This document shows, piece after piece, positions 58,011 through 64,000 of a DNA stretch of 64,000 bases. Position 1 is the first letter of the stretch; each line of letters begins with the position of its first letter. Under the pieces are notes generated by a model, which saw nothing but the letters and a program-made list of their open reading frames with translations, was not told the origin of the DNA and made no database searches. Position numbers and translations under genes: made by a program. The stretch is from Planctomycetota bacterium (lineage in GTDB: Bacteria > Planctomycetota > UBA1135 > JACQFD01): the NCBI GenBank assembly GCA_046160785.1, contig JBJXHE010000076.1, forward strand, positions 8,220-72,219, in the 5' to 3' direction.

Positions 58011-59346
58011 TATGGGTTTTATAACCTTTGAAGGCGCCGCGCCGCCCGTGCCGCTGTGGACGGCGGCTCCGTTCGTGCTGCTTTTGTTATTGATCGCGAC
58101 GGGGCCTCTTTTATTTAAGCATTTCTGGCATCATCATTATCCGAAAATCTCCCTTGCGCTCGGCGCGCTGGTTGCCTTTTATTATATTGCCTTTCGAAAC
58201 GAGGGCGGCCATGGCGTTCACAAAGTAACGCACGCCGGAATTGAATACTTCGCATTTGTAGCGTTGATCGGGTCGCTCTTCGTCGTCGCGTCGACAATAC
58301 TACTTAAAATCAACTCCGCCGGAACGACCGCGGCCAATGCAACATTACTGGGTTTTGCGAGCGTGCTCGCGAATCTGGTCGGAACGACGGGCGCGTCGAT
58401 GTTACTACTGCGGCCGTACCTGCGCATGAACCGCGGCCACTTCGCGTCGCACCATCTCGTTTTCTTTATATTTATTGTAGCGAACGTCGGCGGCGCGCTC
58501 ACGCCGATCGGCGATCCGCCATTATTCTTAGGATATCTAAAAGGGATTCCATTCTTTTGGACCGCCGAGAATCTTGCGCTCGAATGGATGGTGACGAATG
58601 GCGCGCTCCTTCTTCTTTTTGTTATTTTCGACCGGATCCACGACCGCCGCAGCCGGCGTGAAATAACAAAAGTCGAAAGGTTTGGCCTCGAAATAACCGG
58701 GCTGCGCAGCTTCGTCTTTTTGTTTGCAATCCTCGGGCTCGTATTTGTGCAAAACGAACCGATGGTCAAAAGCCACCAGCCCGTGTCGACGGTCGTCGTT
58801 GCGGCGCTTATGATACTATTAGCCGCGATTGCTTTTGTAGCGGCCAACAAAGATATCCTGCGCGCGAACGAATTTACATTTGATCCGATTAAGGAAGTCG
58901 CATTCCTTTTCGCGGGCATTTTCTTAACAATGATTCCCGCGCTCGAATATTTAGAACAAAACGCGACCGCGCTCGGAATCGAATCTCCACTACAATTCTA
59001 TTTCGCGACGGGAATCCTGTCCGCGTTTCTTGATAATGCACCGACGTACCTGACATTCTTAACAACGGAGTGCGCGGTAAATAACGTTTCGTTCGACGAT
59101 ACAAAAGGTTTTATTGAACACTTACAATCCGCGAAAGGCTCGCTCAATATCCAGGCCATTTCATGCGGCGCTGTTTTCTTCGGCGCGATGACGTACATCG
59201 GAAACGGCCCGAATTTTATGGTTAAATCGATCACGGAAGCCGCGGGTCACAAGTGTCCGTCGTTTTTTGGATATTTACTAAAATGGGCCGTGCCGGTTCT
59301 GCTGCCTGTGCTCGTGCTCGTTGGAATTGTTTTTTATTATCTATGA
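57991..59346 (+). CDS. polytopic ion transporter (NhaD/ArsB/CitMHS-type, commonly annotated sodium:proton antiporter)
   Basis: 451 aa, ~11-12 hydrophobic segments, HFWHHHYPK near the N-terminus as I recall in this family. Overlaps the acpS end by 20 nt. Confidence 0.55.
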   Translation: MPRAMISMGFITFEGAAPPVPLWTAAPFVLLLLLIATGPLLFKHFWHHHYPKISLALGALVAFYYIAFRNEGGHGVHKVTHAGIEYFAFVALIGSLFVVASTILLKINSAGTTAANATLLGFASVLANLVGTTGASMLLLRPYLRMNRGHFASHHLVFFIFIVANVGGALTPIGDPPLFLGYLKGIPFFWTAENLALEWMVTNGALLLLFVIFDRIHDRRSRREITKVERFGLEITGLRSFVFLFAILGLVFVQNEPMVKSHQPVSTVVVAALMILLAAIAFVAANKDILRANEFTFDPIKEVAFLFAGIFLTMIPALEYLEQNATALGIESPLQFYFATGILSAFLDNAPTYLTFLTTECAVNNVSFDDTKGFIEHLQSAKGSLNIQAISCGAVFFGAMTYIGNGPNFMVKSITEAAGHKCPSFFGYLLKWAVPVLLPVLVLVGIVFYYL

Positions 59347-59374
59347 GTCTTATGACTGATAAATTATATTACCT

Positions 59375-60202
59375 ATGAAGTCTTTTTGTGAAACTTCAAA
59401 TTGCATGCTTCAAGAGCGGTGCAACGCGGCGAAAACGCGCGCATACACCGTTCTCGGCGAATGCGGAACGCGCGCGTCGCTCGTGCCGCCGTTCGCGGCG
59501 GGGCCGGTTCCATCTTTAGATACCGAGCACGTGTCGCGAATTGTAAATAGTATCAAAAAAGAAAATTCCGACACCGTGGCGCTGCTGTGCGCGACACGCG
59601 ACGATCTCGGCGACAGCGGCGTTTCTGTATTAATACAAATCGCGCGCGAGCTGCGAGCCGCGTTGCCGTCGCTCAAAATTGAATTTCACATTTCCGACCT
59701 CGGCGGTTCCATTCGCGCGCTGCGCGAATTGTTAAAAACAAGTCCCGCGCTCGTGCACCACGCCATTACGGCGCCGCCGCGATTATATAAAACGGCGCTT
59801 CCGGGTTTTGATTACGTTCGCAGCCTCGACGTGATGCGTATTGTTAAAGAAGAATTTGATACGATTCAATTGCGGTCCACGTTCTGCCTCGGGCTCGGCG
59901 AATCACGCGACGAGATTATTGCATCGCTTGCCGATTTGAAGAGTGTGCGTTGCGACGAAGTATTCTTAGTTCCCGCTGATCTTGTTCTGAAAAACCCGAT
60001 GCCTGCGCCCGAGTCGCTGGAGCGCGTTCGGTCGATCATGGAAAAACTAACATTTTCACGGATTGAATTCCTACAATTCCCGCGAAGCTGCGCGGCGGCC
60101 GTCGCGCCCGGCGCAGCTGCAGTTTCGCTGCCCGCAGCAAGCGCACCCGCGATAAAAGTAAAGAAAGCGCGCAAGCAAATAGATAAGAAACCCCAATCAT
60201 AA
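59375..60202 (+). CDS. lipoyl synthase (LipA) homologue lacking the radical-SAM CxxxCxxC motif
   Basis: Collinear by eye with E. coli LipA from its CEEASCPNLAEC motif onward: CETSNCMLQERC...TVLGECGTRASLV...ATRDDLGDSGV...LGLGESRDEI. Ala/Lys-rich tail. Confidence 0.7.
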   Translation: MKSFCETSNCMLQERCNAAKTRAYTVLGECGTRASLVPPFAAGPVPSLDTEHVSRIVNSIKKENSDTVALLCATRDDLGDSGVSVLIQIARELRAALPSLKIEFHISDLGGSIRALRELLKTSPALVHHAITAPPRLYKTALPGFDYVRSLDVMRIVKEEFDTIQLRSTFCLGLGESRDEIIASLADLKSVRCDEVFLVPADLVLKNPMPAPESLERVRSIMEKLTFSRIEFLQFPRSCAAAVAPGAAAVSLPAASAPAIKVKKARKQIDKKPQS

Positions 60203-60225
60203 ATTAATACATCATATAACTCATC

Positions 60226-60771
60226 ATGCCCGCCAAAATGGAGCCGGCGCCGCCCCGTCCGGAATATAAACGATACGCGCCGCGGCGCGCGTTCCCGATC
60301 TATCGATTCGTGCCGGGCCTGAATCCGCATCCCGTCTCCGATCCGCGCGGACATAGTTATGAAGGAGGAAAGCACGGGCCGCCGCCCGCGTACGTCGCAC
60401 CCGAGAATTGGCAACAAAACGAGGAGTATTTGTTAGGTTGCGATTTGTATAATTTTGCGTATTGGTGGGAAGCGCACGAGGCGTGGGAAGGTCTGTGGCA
60501 CCTCACGCCGAAGAACAATACCGAGGGTTTATTCCTGCAGGGATTGATACAGATCAGCGCGTCGAATTTAAAGCGCCACATGGGCGAACCCGAGGGTTCG
60601 AAGAAACTCGCAACGCTAGGATTGCAAAAACTCAAGAATGTACAAATTGCGGTTGCGCCGCGGAATCTTTACATGGGCCTCGACGTGGGCGACTTTCACG
60701 ACGCGGCCGAGCGCTATTTAATACAATGCGCCGAAACGGAACCGTTTCCGTTGATACAACTCGAATTTTAG
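60226..60771 (+). CDS. DUF309-like protein
   Basis: LYNFAYWWEAHEAWEGLW matches the F-x-x-G-x-[YF]-[WF]-E-A-H-E-x-x-E-x-x-W core I recall for DUF309. Confidence 0.6.
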   Translation: MPAKMEPAPPRPEYKRYAPRRAFPIYRFVPGLNPHPVSDPRGHSYEGGKHGPPPAYVAPENWQQNEEYLLGCDLYNFAYWWEAHEAWEGLWHLTPKNNTEGLFLQGLIQISASNLKRHMGEPEGSKKLATLGLQKLKNVQIAVAPRNLYMGLDVGDFHDAAERYLIQCAETEPFPLIQLEF

Positions 60772-60799
60772 TTTTTAAATCTATTACCCCGAAAATTCC

Positions 60800-62491
60800 A
60801 TGTACGCATCGCCCCGCACCGCGCGAATTTTAACATTCGCTACAGTCGCCGCCGCCGGATTATTACACTTTACGTGCAGCAAGAACGAGGCGCCCGCGAA
60901 GGCTGCCGTCCCCGAAGATTTCGCGCGGCTCGTTCCGGCCGATGCCGCGATGTTCTTTTACATTCCGAATATTGATAACTTTCAGACGAATGCAAAGAAA
61001 CTCGTCGGCGCGTTCGACCGCAGGAAAGCTAATGAAATGGATCTGGCCGTCGAAATCGCCGAAGACTTCGGCTGCGCTCCCGAATTGATACAATCTACCG
61101 GACCGCTCGCAGCCGGGTTTTCGCCGGCGGGCGGCGCAGGCGGAGAGATGAGCGATGTCACGATTGCCGAATTTAATAATGTGCCTGAATTATTTAAAAA
61201 CCAAGATAAGGATAAATCGAAACACACGGTGTCGAACGGGCGATTTGCAGCCTATTCAAGAACAAAAGAACTCGCGGCGCCGGGCGCTGCTGCGGCTTTT
61301 CATCCGCTCACGCAAAATTTAACTTCCGACCGCGTTCCGGTCGGCGATTTTATCTTTCGCGCTGATCTGAAACAAATCATCGCAAGTTACGGCCCGTTGA
61401 TCGACGGTTTTTTTAATAATATAACAGATAATCCTGCGATGGCCGGACCCGCGGCCGGCATGATCGGGCCGATGACAGCGGGCGTCAAATCGTTTACAAA
61501 AGAGCTCGAGAGTGTGGACGTCGCCGGCCAAATGCGTGGCGCGATGGCATCTATACAATTTCAAGTCAAGGCGGGATCGTATACATCCACGGCGGCGACG
61601 TCAGCGGCCAAAACCGATCTGTTAGAATTAATGAAATACTTGCCTCCGAGCCACGCGATCCGGGGAGCGATGACACTCAACTTTCAAGATATCGCCGATT
61701 GGTTCCAGCCGATGTTAGAAATAGGTTATTCACAATTCCCAGAGAAATTAAGAAAAGAATTAATACAATATATGAAACGCGCGCAAGAGGCGAACCGGCT
61801 TCTCGGCGACTCACTCGCGGTCTCGATGCAATTTCAAAAAACCGGCATGGACGCCGTTTATATTATTCCTTGCGACGACGCCGACAAGTTTGCAATTGAC
61901 TATTTTAAGGCAATTAATTCATCTCCGGAGGCAGCCTTATTTTATACAAGCGAAAAACTCGCCGATGTTCAAATTTCGGGCACAACGGTTCGCGGCATGA
62001 AATATCAAATCCACATGGATAAGTTTATTGAAATGATGAAATTGTCGCCGGAGGAATCCGCTTCAATGAAAAATGCAATGCAAATGAATCCGATGGTTGA
62101 TGCGATGGGAAAAGGCATGGAAGTTCGAATAGCCGGTTTCAAAAAATATTGCATGATAACAATTGGCGGAATCTCGGTTGTTGAGGAAATACTAAAAAAC
62201 GCACAAACAGGCGGAACGGCGCCGCATCCCGAGATCTCGCGGCTTCATAAAATGACGAGCGGTTCGCGCGGTTATTTCTTTTCGATCGATTTTCGCGGAG
62301 CCATGGGCGGAATATTCGAAATGTTAAAGTCGTCCAGCCCCATGTTTAACGATACGCTTCCGCCGATTCCCGGAGGAGAACCCGTCATGTTTACATTCGG
62401 CGGATACAGTAAAAATAACCAATGGCGCGGCGAGCTATCTGTAGACTATGCCGAACTCGGCAAACTCTTCCAGGCAACGACGAAACGCTAA
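60800..62491 (+). CDS. hypothetical lipoprotein
   Basis: Lipobox LLHFTC after a hydrophobic N-terminus. 563 aa, no motif I recognise. Confidence 0.5.
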   Translation: MYASPRTARILTFATVAAAGLLHFTCSKNEAPAKAAVPEDFARLVPADAAMFFYIPNIDNFQTNAKKLVGAFDRRKANEMDLAVEIAEDFGCAPELIQSTGPLAAGFSPAGGAGGEMSDVTIAEFNNVPELFKNQDKDKSKHTVSNGRFAAYSRTKELAAPGAAAAFHPLTQNLTSDRVPVGDFIFRADLKQIIASYGPLIDGFFNNITDNPAMAGPAAGMIGPMTAGVKSFTKELESVDVAGQMRGAMASIQFQVKAGSYTSTAATSAAKTDLLELMKYLPPSHAIRGAMTLNFQDIADWFQPMLEIGYSQFPEKLRKELIQYMKRAQEANRLLGDSLAVSMQFQKTGMDAVYIIPCDDADKFAIDYFKAINSSPEAALFYTSEKLADVQISGTTVRGMKYQIHMDKFIEMMKLSPEESASMKNAMQMNPMVDAMGKGMEVRIAGFKKYCMITIGGISVVEEILKNAQTGGTAPHPEISRLHKMTSGSRGYFFSIDFRGAMGGIFEMLKSSSPMFNDTLPPIPGGEPVMFTFGGYSKNNQWRGELSVDYAELGKLFQATTKR

Positions 62492-62498
62492 CTAACAA

Positions 62499-64000
62499 TT
62501 ACCAATTGTAGTGAACTGAGAATTTTACTTTCACTTCGCCGTCCTTCGGAATCGTGATGGGGATTTCGATATTGCGCGAATCTGTTTTTGTATATTCGTG
62601 CGAGGATTTCTTAATCTCCCAATTCTTCCAGCGGTAGAGCGACTCGCGAATGAAGACCTTCACGTCTTCGGCTTTGTGATTTCGAATGGATATTTCGATG
62701 TCTTCGTCGATTTGATGTCTTACGGTGTCAATTTTAAAGTTAGCTTGCGTGCGCGCGCCGACGACATCAAATGCTTCGCCGAGACGTATCAATACGGGTT
62801 CGTCCTTCGGAGTATGATCAATCGAATCTTCGCCGATGAATTCGAGCGAGCCGTCGGCCGGATCGAGTTTGCTGACGCGCATGCGGCCCGTCGGCAGCGG
62901 CATTCCCATGCCCGAAGCTTTAGTATTCTTGAATTTTAAGTAAATATTAATTTTCTTGTTGCCCTGCGCCATGAATTCGCGATCGATCATCGGGCTCGAA
63001 TAGTATGATCCGAAGGAGTCGTCGATTCCGCGATACACTAACACTTTCTCGCACGGCACGCCGTGCGCCGAAGGAAACAATTCCATCTGCCGCGTCGAAC
63101 GGTCGGGAATGGTCGTGGGCCGCTGTAATGTATATAAATGATATTCAAAGAAGGATTTTTCTTCGAAACCCCCGGCTTCGCCGGCGGCTTGTAATTTGGA
63201 CATTGATCGGCGGGCATCCCACGTTTGCATTTCCGGTTGTACACGATTCACGTCGCCCGCGATTAATTTTAGTTTTGCATTCGGGTAGGTGGCGCCCGAT
63301 TGGTTCAGGATGCTCACCCACGCGGCGACGTCGACGGTGCCAGCGTTAGCATTCGCCCCTTCTGTAAATATAAGATTATAATCCGCCCACCACGTGATTC
63401 CTTCGGTTTGATAGGAAACGCGCGTTTGGTGTTTTCCCGGCTTCGCAGTTTCGACGTCCCACACGAGCGTCGGTTTTGTTAATAATTCACCCGTCGAATC
63501 GGCGAGATGCACGGCGTTGTATTGTTGCAATATGACAGTTCCGTTCTCGGTCTTTACAATTAACGGCCCCGGGCCGGGGCTCAGCAGAATTCCTGTTATC
63601 GACGAGACTGCGGCCCCGACGCCTCTCTCTACAATAACTTTTTTATCGCGATACTTATCGAGCAGCCGCGTCGAATCAACAATATCAAATTGAAAACTTT
63701 GTTCGAGAACGCGCGTCGTCGCGGGATCGGTTAAGGATGTAAACAAAACCGTCGTCGGATCGATTTCGGCGGCGACGTCGGAGAGCCGGATCTCGCTTCG
63801 ATTTTTAGTAAATTCCAATTCGCGGTCTTGCCGCACGAGCGCAAATCCCGGAACTTTAGGCTTCGAGTACGGATTGGCGTACGCTGACGGACGATACAAT
63901 TCGGGCTGAACGCCCCCGGGTTGCGCGGCGCTGTAAATCGTGATCGACGTCGCGTCGTTTTGTATGAATGCGCAGAATGCGAGCGAGAGTGTGGCGGCGA
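62499..64000 (-). CDS. DUF4139-family protein (5' end beyond the window)
   Basis: VSYQTEGITWWADYNLIF...VAAWVSILNQSGATYPNAKLKLIAGDVNRV resembles DUF4139. The frame stays open upstream of the TTG at 63899 and reads ...AATLSLAFCAFIQ (signal-peptide end), so the true start lies past 64000. Confidence 0.6.
   Translation of the reverse strand, partial: AATLSLAFCAFIQNDATSITIYSAAQPGGVQPELYRPSAYANPYSKPKVPGFALVRQDRELEFTKNRSEIRLSDVAAEIDPTTVLFTSLTDPATTRVLEQSFQFDIVDSTRLLDKYRDKKVIVERGVGAAVSSITGILLSPGPGPLIVKTENGTVILQQYNAVHLADSTGELLTKPTLVWDVETAKPGKHQTRVSYQTEGITWWADYNLIFTEGANANAGTVDVAAWVSILNQSGATYPNAKLKLIAGDVNRVQPEMQTWDARRSMSKLQAAGEAGGFEEKSFFEYHLYTLQRPTTIPDRSTRQMELFPSAHGVPCEKVLVYRGIDDSFGSYYSSPMIDREFMAQGNKKINIYLKFKNTKASGMGMPLPTGRMRVSKLDPADGSLEFIGEDSIDHTPKDEPVLIRLGEAFDVVGARTQANFKIDTVRHQIDEDIEISIRNHKAEDVKVFIRESLYRWKNWEIKKSSHEYTKTDSRNIEIPITIPKDGEVKVKFSVHYNW

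Overview
This is a 64-kb chromosomal segment from a diderm (outer-membrane-bearing) bacterium. Coding regions look moderately GC-rich and spacers conspicuously AT-rich by eye. I cannot place it taxonomically from the sequence alone. All protein calls rest on reading the supplied translations for family motifs and on gene order; no searches were run.

Positions 1-30.5 kb form one uninterrupted minus-strand translation/transcription supercluster: 4 tRNAs (Thr-Tyr-Gly-Thr), tuf, rpmG (missing from the ORF track, found by hand), secE, nusG, rplKAJL, rpoBC, rpsL, rpsG, an inserted Tsr3/DTW-like gene, fusA, then the S10 and spc clusters through secY. L30 is absent.

Positions 30.5-36 kb carry housekeeping genes: aroC, mutS2, a Cys/Met PLP enzyme, an HU/IHF-like protein and dtd. 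Positions 36-53.5 kb are dominated by envelope and outer-membrane lipid genes:
- lipoproteins, including a Trp-Pro repeat lipoprotein that heads a mlaE-mlaF-MCE operon
- lptF/lptG and an LpxL-family acyltransferase
- a DUF2961/GH172-like protein and a giant CAP-domain lipoprotein
- an ArnT-like glycosyltransferase

Positions 53.5-64 kb carry a lipoprotein, a minimal sigma-54 activator, uvrD/pcrA, acpS, an ion transporter, a degenerate lipoyl-synthase homologue, DUF309, a lipoprotein and a partial DUF4139 gene.

I saw no transposase, integrase, phage, CRISPR or recognisable defence genes. The most unusual items are:
- the Tsr3-like acp-transferase homologue wired into the str operon
- the WP-repeat lipoprotein coupled to a stripped-down Mla system
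- a LipA homologue that keeps the auxiliary-cluster motif but lacks the radical-SAM cysteine triad
- a sigma-54 activator with neither a receiver nor a DNA-binding domain
- an extensively structured rplL-rpoB spacer
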